The position numbers and the translations under genes are program-made. Shown in pieces: positions 9,683-18,764 of a DNA stretch of 64,000 nt. This DNA comes from Planctomycetota bacterium (GTDB lineage Bacteria; Planctomycetota; GCA-002687715; CAIWVZ01). The notes under the pieces are model-generated. The model had not been told where the DNA came from. It saw only the letters and a program-made list of their open reading frames with translations, and did not search any database. Position 1 is the first letter of the stretch. Each line of letters opens with the position of its first letter. The stretch is from NCBI GenBank assembly GCA_044222185.1, contig JBGANV010000011.1, positions 96,001 to 160,000 of the forward strand, in the 5' to 3' direction.

Positions 9683-10216
9683 ATGCAGAGCAAAGCCACG
9701 ACCGTCGCCGAGTACCTGAAGGCGATGCCGGCCGACCGCCGCGCCGAGATCGACAAAGTCCGAAAGGTCATCCTCGAGAACCTCGACGCGGATTACGAGG
9801 AGGGGATGCAATACGGGATGATCGGCTACTACGTGCCGCACCGCATCCTGCCGCAGGGCTATCACTGCGATCCGAAGCAGCCCTTGCCGTTCGCCGGACT
9901 CGCGTCCCAGAAGGGATACAACTCGCTCTACCTCATGTCGGTGTATGGCGACGCCGAACACGCCAAGTGGTTCCACCAGGCGTGGGCGAAGACCGGCAAG
10001 AAGCTCGACATGGGAAAGGCCTGCATCCGCTTCAAGAAGGCGGACGACCTGGCATTGGACGTCGTCGGCGAGGTCTTCAGGCGCGTGCCCGCCGCCCGTT
10101 ATGTCGAGCGCTATCTGATCACGCTTGCAACGATGAAGAGCCGCCCCCCGAAGGCCGCCAGGCCCGCGCGAGCCAAGGCTGCGTCGGCGAAATCGCGGGT
10201 GAACAAGAACGGCTGA
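9683..10216 (+). CDS. DUF1801 (YdhG-like) domain protein with basic C-terminal tail
   Basis: MQSKATTVAEYL, YEEGMQYGMIGYYVP...GYHCDP..PLPF..LASQK, KLDMGKACIRFKK. Confidence 0.85.
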   Translation: MQSKATTVAEYLKAMPADRRAEIDKVRKVILENLDADYEEGMQYGMIGYYVPHRILPQGYHCDPKQPLPFAGLASQKGYNSLYLMSVYGDAEHAKWFHQAWAKTGKKLDMGKACIRFKKADDLALDVVGEVFRRVPAARYVERYLITLATMKSRPPKAARPARAKAASAKSRVNKNG

Positions 10217-10241
10217 TCGGCTCGGACGCGCCGCGCGGATT

Positions 10242-11156
10242 TCACGCTGTCGCGTGAGCTGAAGCGAGCGCGCGCAAGCGGTGCCAATGGCGCTCCACGT
10301 CGTCCCAGACGTCGTCCACGTCGAACGCGGACTTCCGGAACCGACCCTGAAGCGAGAAGTACCGCTCGATCGCCGGCCGCGACATCTCGGGCTCGACGTT
10401 GATCGTGTAGCGCGAGCCGTGGAACACCTCGAAGACCGGATACAGGCCTGATCGAACCGCCAATCGCACGAGTTCGATCCCATCCGCGGGCTCCGATTTC
10501 CACCCGGTGGGGCACGGCGACAGAACGTGGAGAAAGCGGAACCCTCCGATCCCGAGCGCATCGCGCATCTTGCGCACCATGTCGTCCGGGTGAGCGAGCG
10601 ACAACGACGCCGCATACGGCACGCGATGCGCCGCCATGATTCCGAGGATGTCCTTCTTCGGGACGAGCTTGCCGCGCGTGGTCGTCGTCGTCTTTGCGCC
10701 GAGCGGCGTGGCGGAGGACCGCTGTCCGCCCGTGTTGCCGTAGATCTCGTTGTCGTAGCAGATGTAGAGGATGTCCTCGTCGCGTTCGGCCGCGGCCGAC
10801 AGCGTCGCCATGCCGATGTCGTACGTCCCGCCGTCGCCTGCGAAGCAGATGACGCGCGTCGACTCGCCGTTCATCCGCGCCACGTGCGCGAGGCCTGTCG
10901 CAACCGCCGCTGCGGACGCGAACGTCGATGCCGCCACGGGTGCCCCGTAGTTCGAGTACGGATAGGGACCCGCCGTGACGATCCCGCAACACGCGGGAAT
11001 CACGAGTTGAACGCGGCGCTCGCCGATCGCGTGACTGAGCATGTTGAGCGCGATCGACATGCCGCACCCGCCGCAATTGGTGTTGCCCGCGCGCAACAGC
11101 GGTTCGGCGCGATCGAAACGACTCTGCGCGAGTCCGTGAAGAAGCGGCTCGCTCAT
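10242..11156 (-). CDS. porB: 2-oxoacid:acceptor oxidoreductase beta subunit (TPP-binding)
   Basis: CGGCG, PACC, AGDGGTYDIG, YDNEIYGNTGGQRSSATP, SPCPTGW; ATGA overlap with the alpha-subunit stop. Confidence 0.9.
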   Translation of the reverse strand: MSEPLLHGLAQSRFDRAEPLLRAGNTNCGGCGMSIALNMLSHAIGERRVQLVIPACCGIVTAGPYPYSNYGAPVAASTFASAAAVATGLAHVARMNGESTRVICFAGDGGTYDIGMATLSAAAERDEDILYICYDNEIYGNTGGQRSSATPLGAKTTTTTRGKLVPKKDILGIMAAHRVPYAASLSLAHPDDMVRKMRDALGIGGFRFLHVLSPCPTGWKSEPADGIELVRLAVRSGLYPVFEVFHGSRYTINVEPEMSRPAIERYFSLQGRFRKSAFDVDDVWDDVERHWHRLRALASAHATA

Positions 11157-12316
11157 CGCTCCACCTCCACGAGCCTGGGCTCGTCCGCACTGGGTTTCGC
11201 CGACAGGTCGTCCAAGAGCCGTGCAATGTGCTCGGGGAGTACGTCGCCGCCGCCGAGGCCGACCATGTAGCTCTGGACCAGGCTCCCTGGGGCCGCGCAA
11301 CCACGCACTTCGCTCCACAAGATTCCGCCGAGCCCGGGGCAGAGATCGCGATCGATGATCCCGATGCGCGATGCGCGCGCAAGGAACCGTCGCAGCGTCG
11401 CGTCGGGAAATGGCCTGAACATCCGCACCCGCAGGCTGCCGACCTTGACTCCCCGACCGCGCGCTTCGTCCACCACGCGTCGAATCGTCGCTGCCGTCGT
11501 CCCCATCGAGACGAGGACGATGTCCGCATCGTCCATGCGATAGGGCACCACGGGATCGGCCACGCGACGTCCGAAGCAGGTCTCGAATGCCTCCTGACAT
11601 TCGCCATAGACCGCGGGGACGGCGGCCATCGCTTCCATCATCTGCCGCCGATGAACTTCGGTCTCGTGGGGGAAGTCCAGCCCGCCGATGGTGCGTGGTC
11701 CTGCCCCGAGCCGATGGTGCAGGTCCAACACCGGCAGGAATTCATCGACGGTTTCCTGCGCTGGGATCTCCGTCGGCATCATGGTGTGCGAGAGAACGAA
11801 CGCGTCCTGACAGACCATCACCGGCAGGCTGATGCGATGATCCTCGGCGAGGCGATAGGCCAGCAGGATCGAATCCGTCACTTCCTGGTTGTCCTCGCAA
11901 TAGAACTGGATCCAGCCCGCGTCGCGAAGGAGCAGCGTGTCGCCGTGGTCCACCCAGATGTTCCATGGGGGCCCGAGGGTTCGATTCACGGCCATCATGA
12001 CGACGGGAAGCCGATACATGGCGGCGTTGATGACGTTCTCCGTCATGTACGCGAGCCCATTGGACGACGACGCCGTGAACGACCGCGCACCGCCCAGGGC
12101 GAAACCGATGCACACCGCCATGGCGCTGTGCTCGCTCTCGACGCGGACGATCGTGCCCTTCTCGATCTCGAGGTCGCACAGAAGTTCGATGCACTCGCTC
12201 TGCGGAGTGATCGGATAGACGCCGCCACCGAAGCCTCGGCCACTGCGGTTTGCGGAGCCCGCAAGTGCGGCGGCCTTCGCGGCTGCGTGATTCGCACTGA
12301 GGAGTTCGATGGTCAT
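11153..12316 (-). CDS. porA: 2-oxoacid:acceptor oxidoreductase alpha subunit
   Basis: YPITPQS, VESEHSAM, TASSSNGL, NRTLGPPWNIWVDH, FRPFP; ATGA overlap with the upstream gene. Confidence 0.92.
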   Translation of the reverse strand: MTIELLSANHAAAKAAALAGSANRSGRGFGGGVYPITPQSECIELLCDLEIEKGTIVRVESEHSAMAVCIGFALGGARSFTASSSNGLAYMTENVINAAMYRLPVVMMAVNRTLGPPWNIWVDHGDTLLLRDAGWIQFYCEDNQEVTDSILLAYRLAEDHRISLPVMVCQDAFVLSHTMMPTEIPAQETVDEFLPVLDLHHRLGAGPRTIGGLDFPHETEVHRRQMMEAMAAVPAVYGECQEAFETCFGRRVADPVVPYRMDDADIVLVSMGTTAATIRRVVDEARGRGVKVGSLRVRMFRPFPDATLRRFLARASRIGIIDRDLCPGLGGILWSEVRGCAAPGSLVQSYMVGLGGGDVLPEHIARLLDDLSAKPSADEPRLVEVER

Positions 12317-14547
12317 AGCGACGTCATCTCCATGGCTTTCCGCGGGCACTCGTGGACGCAGATCCCGCAGCCCTTGCAGAACGAGTAGTCGACTTCATAG
12401 GAGCCGTCGCGCCGCCGCAGGATGCCCTCCGGGCAATACACGAGGCAGGTGTCGCACTTCGTGCAGTGTCCGCACGAGAAGCACCGATGCGCCTCCAACG
12501 TGCCGTCGAGTCCGTAGTTGACGGGCGCAAAGCTCTTCACGCGCGAGGCGGCGTGCTCGACCCGTTCGCAGGCGGGCGCAGTGCGGGCGAAGTGATCGAG
12601 GCGGATGTCGGTGACGGGGACGGCGGTCGAGCGATCGGGCCGACGGAACACGTCCACGGACTCACCGAGCGCGGCGAGGGCAGATCCCGCCACGCGGCGA
12701 CCGTCCCCGATCGCATGTGTGACCGTGCCGTCGCCCGTGGAGAAGTCGCCGGCCGCCCACACGTTCGTCGCGATTCCACCGTCGTAGAGTCGCCCCTCGC
12801 GCAGGTCCCACCCGGGCGGAACCAGCGAGCGGTCGGCGGACTGTCCGAGCGCGACGAGCACGCGGTCGCACGCGAACGGGTGCACCCGATCGGTGACGAC
12901 GGGCTCGCATCGCCCCGTCGAATCCGGTTCCCCCTGGATCACCTCCGCCAGCTCGACGGCGCTGACGCATCCTTCGCCGAGGAACCCAACGGGCTGCCGT
13001 TGGAGGAGGAAGTCGATCCCTTCCGCTCGCGCTTCTTCGACCTCCTCGCGGATCGCCGGCATCTCCTCGGCGGTCCGCCGATAGACGACCGTGACCTGCC
13101 GAGCCCCCGAGCGAAGGGCGCTGCGGGCGCAGTCGATGGCCGTGTTGCCGCCGCCGAGCACGACCACGTGTCCAAAGCACCGATCGCCGCCCGCGAGGTT
13201 CACCCTGCGCAGGAAGTCCAGTCCCTGCTCGATTCCCACGAGGCGTCCGCCTGGCACGTCCAGTCGCCGAGGCTTCGCCAGTCCCGTGGCCAGGATGACG
13301 GCGTCGAACTCCCGGGCCAGCGCGACGACGCGGCTCCAATCGACGGACTGGCCGAGCCGCGTCTCGACGCCGAGGTCGACGATCGCCCGCACCTCCCGGT
13401 CGACGACCGCGCGCGGCAGGCGGAACTCTGGAATCCCCGTGCGCAGAAGCCCACCCAGCGACTTCTCGCCATCGAGGATCGTCACGCGGTGCCCTGCACG
13501 CACGGTCGTATACGCCGCGCTCAGTCCGGCAGGGCCGCCGCCCACGATCGCGATGCGGCGGGCCGACTCACTGAGGCGTTCGGGCCGCTGCGCGACAGGC
13601 GCATGCTCGGCCACCCAACGCTCGAGCCCGCGGATGTGGACCGAGCCGTCGTATTCGCGGCGGTTGCAGCCCTCCATGCACGGTGCAGGACAGACGTGAC
13701 CACAGACGGCCGCGAGCGGAGTCGATCGACCGAGGATCCGAGCCGCCTCCGCGACGCCGGCCGTGGCGGTCGCCTGAACGAACCCGACGACGTCGTTTCC
13801 CGCGGGACACCACGCGTTGCAGGGAGCGAGGTGCTCGACGTGGTGGGGCTCCTGCGTCCGCCAGCTCCCCGTCTTCAACCCGGTCGAGGGACCTGCAACG
13901 TGTTCCGTGAGCGGGAGCACGCCGGCCGCCGTTGCTCGCGCCACCGGAGGGCGCGCGAGCGTCGCCGGATCTCCGTCCTGCGGCGCCCGCATGGTGACGG
14001 CGTCGTAGGCCTCGCGCGCCGCCGCGAGGTTGCTCGCCAGTCCCAGGTGATGGAAGGTCGCTTCGAGGGCCGACCGTGGCAGTCCCAACAGTCTTGCGAA
14101 CGCGCCCGCCATCGTCGTGTTGACGATCACGACGGACCTGGTGCCGATCCGATGGCGGCGCGCGATCTCCGTCGCATCCACCGTCGCCAGACGGAACGCG
14201 CCGAAGCGACCATCGAATGCAGCGAGCGGCTTCGACGTGTTGATGGCGAGGATCCCACCTGGCGCGAGCCCCGTCAGGATGTCCGTTCCGAGAAGAGTCG
14301 GATCGAGCACCAGGATGTGGTCGGGTCGGTTGACCTTGTTTCGATTCGTGATGGGCGCGTCGCTGATGCGCGCGAACGCGCGCACGGGCGCACCCGATCG
14401 CTCCCCCGCGTAGTCGCCGAACGTCTGCACGCTCTTGCCCATCTCCGCGTGGACGGCGGCGATGATCTTCGCGCAGGTGACGCCTCCCTGACCGCCGCGT
14501 CCGTGGACCCGAATCTCGATCGTGTCCCGAGAATGCGCCTCGCCCAT
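12313..14547 (-). CDS. Fusion: oxidoreductase gamma subunit + GltD/DsrL-like FAD/NAD(P)H oxidoreductase + 2x[4Fe-4S] ferredoxin (delta-like)
   Basis: HGRGGQG / ERSGAPV (gamma); KTGSWR..APCNAWCPAG, CGHVCPAPCMEGCNR, GGGPAG, GGGNTAIDCAR, VYRR, AGD; CFSCGHCTKCDTC...CKGCGICVHECP. Confidence 0.9.
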   Translation of the reverse strand: MGEAHSRDTIEIRVHGRGGQGGVTCAKIIAAVHAEMGKSVQTFGDYAGERSGAPVRAFARISDAPITNRNKVNRPDHILVLDPTLLGTDILTGLAPGGILAINTSKPLAAFDGRFGAFRLATVDATEIARRHRIGTRSVVIVNTTMAGAFARLLGLPRSALEATFHHLGLASNLAAAREAYDAVTMRAPQDGDPATLARPPVARATAAGVLPLTEHVAGPSTGLKTGSWRTQEPHHVEHLAPCNAWCPAGNDVVGFVQATATAGVAEAARILGRSTPLAAVCGHVCPAPCMEGCNRREYDGSVHIRGLERWVAEHAPVAQRPERLSESARRIAIVGGGPAGLSAAYTTVRAGHRVTILDGEKSLGGLLRTGIPEFRLPRAVVDREVRAIVDLGVETRLGQSVDWSRVVALAREFDAVILATGLAKPRRLDVPGGRLVGIEQGLDFLRRVNLAGGDRCFGHVVVLGGGNTAIDCARSALRSGARQVTVVYRRTAEEMPAIREEVEEARAEGIDFLLQRQPVGFLGEGCVSAVELAEVIQGEPDSTGRCEPVVTDRVHPFACDRVLVALGQSADRSLVPPGWDLREGRLYDGGIATNVWAAGDFSTGDGTVTHAIGDGRRVAGSALAALGESVDVFRRPDRSTAVPVTDIRLDHFARTAPACERVEHAASRVKSFAPVNYGLDGTLEAHRCFSCGHCTKCDTCLVYCPEGILRRRDGSYEVDYSFCKGCGICVHECPRKAMEMTSL

Positions 14548-14750
14548 GGTGTGGCCCCGCAGTCGCCGCTCCCGGCACTTTCGGTCGATCCGCTGCGGAC
14601 CCGAGGCCCGCGAAGAACGAGATCGAAGCTCAGGCCGCAGGAGACGAGGCCATCATCGACCCCACCGGCCATCCTCCCCATTGGGCTTTCATCGAAACGG
14701 CGTCTGCGCACCCGGGCGAAGGCCGCGGTGCGCATGGGTCTCACGTGCGA

Positions 14751-16289
14751 TCACTTCGCGACGGGTCGGGTGTCGAGCGGGGGCTCGGGCGCACCCTCGA
14801 CGCGGGCTTCTCGACGCAGCCGCCCGAGTTCACGCTGCATCTCGAGGAACACCGCGGCGTACTTCGGGTCCGCATGGACGCTCGACATCTCGTGCGGATC
14901 GGACTCGAGGTCGAAGAGCTCCCACTCATCGATCAGGTAGTAGTGCACGAGCTTGTAGCGATCAGTGCGCACGCCGCAGTGCCGTTGAACGTCGTGAGTC
15001 GAGCCCGGTCCAAACCACTCGTAGTAGTGGTAGTAGACGGAGGTCCGCCAGTCCGCAGGCGACTCGCCTGCGAGCAATGGAACGAGGCTCCTGCCCTGCA
15101 TGTCGCCCGGTGCCTCGACGCCGGCGAGGTCGAGGAACGTCTGGGCGAAGTCCAGGTTCTGCACCAGCTGCCCGACCTCGCTCCCGGGTGTGGTGACGCC
15201 CGGCCAGCGAACGATCAACGGCATGCGAAGGGACTCCTCGTACATCCACCGCTTGTCGAACCAGCCGTGGTCACCGAGGAAGAACCCCTGATCAGACGAG
15301 TAGACGACGACGGTGTTCTGCGCGAGCCCGGACTCGTCGAGATAGGCGAGCACGCGGCCCAGGTTGTCGTCCACGGACGCGACGCAGCGAAGGTAATCCT
15401 TGATGTAGCGCTGGTACTTCCAGCGGGTGAGCGCGTCGCCGACGAGGCCTGCACGCGCGAACTCCGCGTTCTTCGGCCCGTATGCCGCGTCCCACGCCTG
15501 CCGTTGCGCGGCGTTCAGGTTGCCGGGACGCTCGAGTTTCAGATCGCCCGGTGTCAGGTCCCGGGCGACGGTCATCGTCTGCGCCCTCGCCGCGGTGGTA
15601 CGGCCGCTCCAATCGTCGAATAGGTTCTCGGGCTCGGGGATGTCGCGATCGTCGTAGAGCGTGAGGTGGTTGGGGCCGGGTGACCACTCGCGGTGCGGCG
15701 CCTTGTGCTGGAGCATCAAGAGGAAGGGTTTCGAGGGATCTCGGCCCTTCTTCAACCAATCGAGGCTCAGATCCGTGATGAGGTCGGTGGTGTATCCCGT
15801 GAGTTTCGTGCGACCGCCAGGCACCAGCATCACGGGGTTGTAGTAGGTCCCCTGCCCCACCAGGACCTGCCAGCGATCGAACCCCGTGGGCTCGCTCACG
15901 AGGTGCCACTTGCCGATCATCGCCGTCTGGTACCCGGCCGATTGCATCAACTTCGGGAACGTCGTCTGCGACCCGTCGAAGGTCGTTCGATTGTCCATCA
16001 TCCCGTTCAAGTGGCTGTGCTTGCCCGTGAGGATGACGGCGCGGCTCGGTCCGCAGATGGCGTTCGTCGCGAAACAGTTGCGGAACAGAGTGCCCTCGCG
16101 GGCGAGGCGATCGATGGACGGTGTGGTGTTGATCTTCGAGCCGTAGGCACTGATCGCGTGCGCCGCGTGGTCGTCGGTGAAGACGAACACGATGTTCGGC
16201 CGCTGCGGGAGCGGGACCTGGCGCGGCGCGGTCGCACACCCTGCGACGAACGCCGCCGCCACTCCGAAGAAAGCCCGCCACCACGTCAC
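14751..16289 (-). CDS. Cys-type sulfatase (S1 family), probable lipoprotein
   Basis: [58 protein letters not shown]; lipobox VAGC; GTGA overlap with osmC. Confidence 0.93.
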   Translation of the reverse strand: MTWWRAFFGVAAAFVAGCATAPRQVPLPQRPNIVFVFTDDHAAHAISAYGSKINTTPSIDRLAREGTLFRNCFATNAICGPSRAVILTGKHSHLNGMMDNRTTFDGSQTTFPKLMQSAGYQTAMIGKWHLVSEPTGFDRWQVLVGQGTYYNPVMLVPGGRTKLTGYTTDLITDLSLDWLKKGRDPSKPFLLMLQHKAPHREWSPGPNHLTLYDDRDIPEPENLFDDWSGRTTAARAQTMTVARDLTPGDLKLERPGNLNAAQRQAWDAAYGPKNAEFARAGLVGDALTRWKYQRYIKDYLRCVASVDDNLGRVLAYLDESGLAQNTVVVYSSDQGFFLGDHGWFDKRWMYEESLRMPLIVRWPGVTTPGSEVGQLVQNLDFAQTFLDLAGVEAPGDMQGRSLVPLLAGESPADWRTSVYYHYYEWFGPGSTHDVQRHCGVRTDRYKLVHYYLIDEWELFDLESDPHEMSSVHADPKYAAVFLEMQRELGRLRREARVEGAPEPPLDTRPVAK

Positions 16290-16708
16290 CCGAGCTTCGC
16301 CTCCATGGTGATCGTCGCCTTCAGGGCGCGGGACACGGGGCAGTTCGCCTTCGCGTCCGCCGCGATCTCCTGAAACTTCTCCGGCGTGATCACGGGGACC
16401 TTCGCATTCATCACGAGGTGGATCGTGGTGATCGTCCAGGCGCCATTCACCTGCTCGAGCGTGAGCGTGGCCTCCGTCGTGAGGGATTCGGGCACGAATC
16501 CGGCTTTGCCCAGGGAGGCGGACGTGGCCATGGTGAAGCAGCCGGCATGAGCCGCCGCGATCAGTTCCTCGGGGTTCGTGCCGGTCCCGTTCTCGAATCG
16601 CGTGGAGAACGAGTACGCCGTGTTCTTGAGAACGCCACTCGGAGTCGAGAGGGCGCCGGCACCAGCCTTCAGATCACCCTTCCAGACGGCAGTCGCTGAG
16701 CGTTTCAT
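16286..16708 (-). CDS. osmC: OsmC family peroxiredoxin
   Basis: [48 protein letters not shown]; RBS GAAGGAG. Confidence 0.95.
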   Translation of the reverse strand: MKRSATAVWKGDLKAGAGALSTPSGVLKNTAYSFSTRFENGTGTNPEELIAAAHAGCFTMATSASLGKAGFVPESLTTEATLTLEQVNGAWTITTIHLVMNAKVPVITPEKFQEIAADAKANCPVSRALKATITMEAKLG

Positions 16709-16946
16709 GAGTTCTCCTTCTTCGTTCCGCGCACGGACTCGGCACGCGGGGCGTGCCACGGGTTCACCTCGATCGATGGGGGCGCACAGCCTACCCGAGA
16801 TCCAGCTGAGGCGCCCGACCTGCGTCGCCGGAACGTGCGTCATGATAGGCTGCCCGACTTCCGCACCGCGTTCATCCGCGCCGTCGAACGGGACGCCACG
16901 CGCCGTCCCGCCCGCGACCGTCCCCATCGCCCCGAAAGGAGATGCC

Positions 16947-18683
16947 ATGTCGCACCGCCCACTTCTCACCGTGCTCGGATTCGCGTTCGTATCGATCGCC
17001 CTCCACGCCCAGACGACCCGCAACGTCCCCGCGCAGTACCCGACCGTGCAGTCCGCGATCAACGCGTGTGTGAACGGCGACAACGTGCTGGTCGCCCCCG
17101 GCACCTACTCGGGGAACCTGAACTTCCTCGGCAAGGCGATCACCGTCCACAGTGCGCAAGGTTCGGCGGTCACCACGCTCCAGGGGCTGGGATCAATCCG
17201 CGTCGTGACTTTCTCGGCGAACGAGGGACCCAATTCCGTACTCGACGGCTTCACGGTGACGGGCGGTGTCGGAGGGATCGCGTGCCTCAACGCGTCACCG
17301 ACCATCACCAACTGCCGGGTGACGGGGAACATCGCCCCGACGCTCGGACCGTACGGCAACGGCCAGGGTCCGACGCAGACGGGCGCAGGTGGCGGAATCT
17401 ACTGCCAGGCGACGACCGCGAACTCCTCACCGACCCTCTCGAACTGCGTCGTCGAGAACAACGTCGCGATCATCGGTGGTGGGGTGTACATGGAGGCGAG
17501 CGGAACCGGCACGTCGCTGCCCTTCGTTTCCGGTTGCACGCTTCGCAACAACCTCGCCTACCCGTCGGCCTACGGCTACGTGTCGGGGAGCGGCGGCGGA
17601 GCCTACATCAACGGTGCGTCGGCGACTTTCTCGAACTGCACGATCACCGACAACATCTCAGCGCAGAATGGCGGTGGCGGAGTGACGGTCGTCGGTGGTG
17701 CCGCCGTCACCTTCACGCTGATCACGTGCAAGGTGAGAGGCAACCACACGAACGGAACCGGTGGCGGTCTGAGCCTCGCCACCCAGTTCACGCTCACGAA
17801 CTGCATGGTCGTCGACAACTCCGCGACGCAAGACGGAGGGGCGGTGTACGCCAACGGCGCCGGCACCATCCAGGCGACGACCTTGAGCGGAAACACGTCG
17901 GCCGCAACCGCCGGAGGAATCGTCTGTGTCGCCGGCCTCTCGGTCGTCAGCTCGATCGTCTGGGGCAACTCGGGGATCGACATCCTTCGCGACATCTACG
18001 CTCCCTCCGCTTCGGCTCAGTCCGTGAGCTACTCGGACGTCGGCTTCGTCTCGGGGGCGACGTTCGCCAGCGGCGTGATCACCGCCAATCCACGCTTCGT
18101 AGATCCCGCGAACGGCGACTACCACCTCGCCGCGTCGTCACCGTGCCGCAACGCCGGCGTGCCCAACGCCTCCGGCTATCCGACGACGGACACGGACGCC
18201 GGCCCGCGCATCGTCGGACCTTCGATCGACATGGGCGGCGACGAGATTCCCGTCCTGGCACTCCCGGGTTCCAACGAGGACGTGGAACTCTACGGCTACG
18301 TGAACGGCGGCGGAGACCCGCTCGCGTCGTCGCGCGCGGCCGCCGCGGGAAGCATCGCCAGGCTCCTCATGCGGTCGCCCGGTGGGTCGTTCATCGGAAC
18401 GACTCCGCTGGTCGTGGGTCTGCTCTTCCCCTCGAACACGCCCCCCGCGCACCCGGCCGGGCTGCCCCAGGTCTGGGTGAGCGGGCCGATCTTCGTCCTC
18501 CACGGCGCACTCGGCGCCCCACCGTTCACTGTGCCGGGCCTCTCCTCGGCGGGGCTCACGTTCGACTTCGCCGTCCCGCCGGGACTCGGCGGACAGACCG
18601 TTCGCTTCCAGGCACTGGTGGTCTCGCCGAGCGCGTTGAACAGCGCGTTCGCGGTCACGAACGCGACCGACTTCATCCTCTGA
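16947..18683 (+). CDS. Exported parallel beta-helix repeat protein with shared C-terminal module (type B)
   Basis: RBS AAGGAG; signal ...IALHA|Q; VPAQYPTVQSAI, GGG/N-rich beta-helix repeats, NPRFVD..GDYHL..SPC, DMGGDE; tail GLGGQTVRFQALVV.P.A.N. Confidence 0.88.
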   Translation: MSHRPLLTVLGFAFVSIALHAQTTRNVPAQYPTVQSAINACVNGDNVLVAPGTYSGNLNFLGKAITVHSAQGSAVTTLQGLGSIRVVTFSANEGPNSVLDGFTVTGGVGGIACLNASPTITNCRVTGNIAPTLGPYGNGQGPTQTGAGGGIYCQATTANSSPTLSNCVVENNVAIIGGGVYMEASGTGTSLPFVSGCTLRNNLAYPSAYGYVSGSGGGAYINGASATFSNCTITDNISAQNGGGGVTVVGGAAVTFTLITCKVRGNHTNGTGGGLSLATQFTLTNCMVVDNSATQDGGAVYANGAGTIQATTLSGNTSAATAGGIVCVAGLSVVSSIVWGNSGIDILRDIYAPSASAQSVSYSDVGFVSGATFASGVITANPRFVDPANGDYHLAASSPCRNAGVPNASGYPTTDTDAGPRIVGPSIDMGGDEIPVLALPGSNEDVELYGYVNGGGDPLASSRAAAAGSIARLLMRSPGGSFIGTTPLVVGLLFPSNTPPAHPAGLPQVWVSGPIFVLHGALGAPPFTVPGLSSAGLTFDFAVPPGLGGQTVRFQALVVSPSALNSAFAVTNATDFIL

Positions 18684-18710
18684 CGCCAGTCGACGTTCGA
18701 TTCGACACGG

Positions 18711-18738
18711 CGGCCCGCGGGCACTCTCCCGCGGGCCG
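18711..18738. terminator. GC-rich hairpin between convergent genes (possible bidirectional terminator)
   Basis: CGGCCCGCGGG-cactct-CCCGCGGGCCG, perfect 11-bp stem; no clear U-tract. Confidence 0.55.
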
Positions 18739-18764
18739 GCGCCTTCACCGAGACACGAACGCGA

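Noticed and set aside
9671-9687. TTGGCACTTCCATGCA, sigma-54-like site
   Set aside because: GG-GC spacing is one base short and it overlaps the start codon
16741-16757. Inverted repeat GGCACGC-ggg-GCGTGCC between divergent osmC and the beta-helix gene
   Set aside because: Short, GC-rich, single occurrence; could be chance
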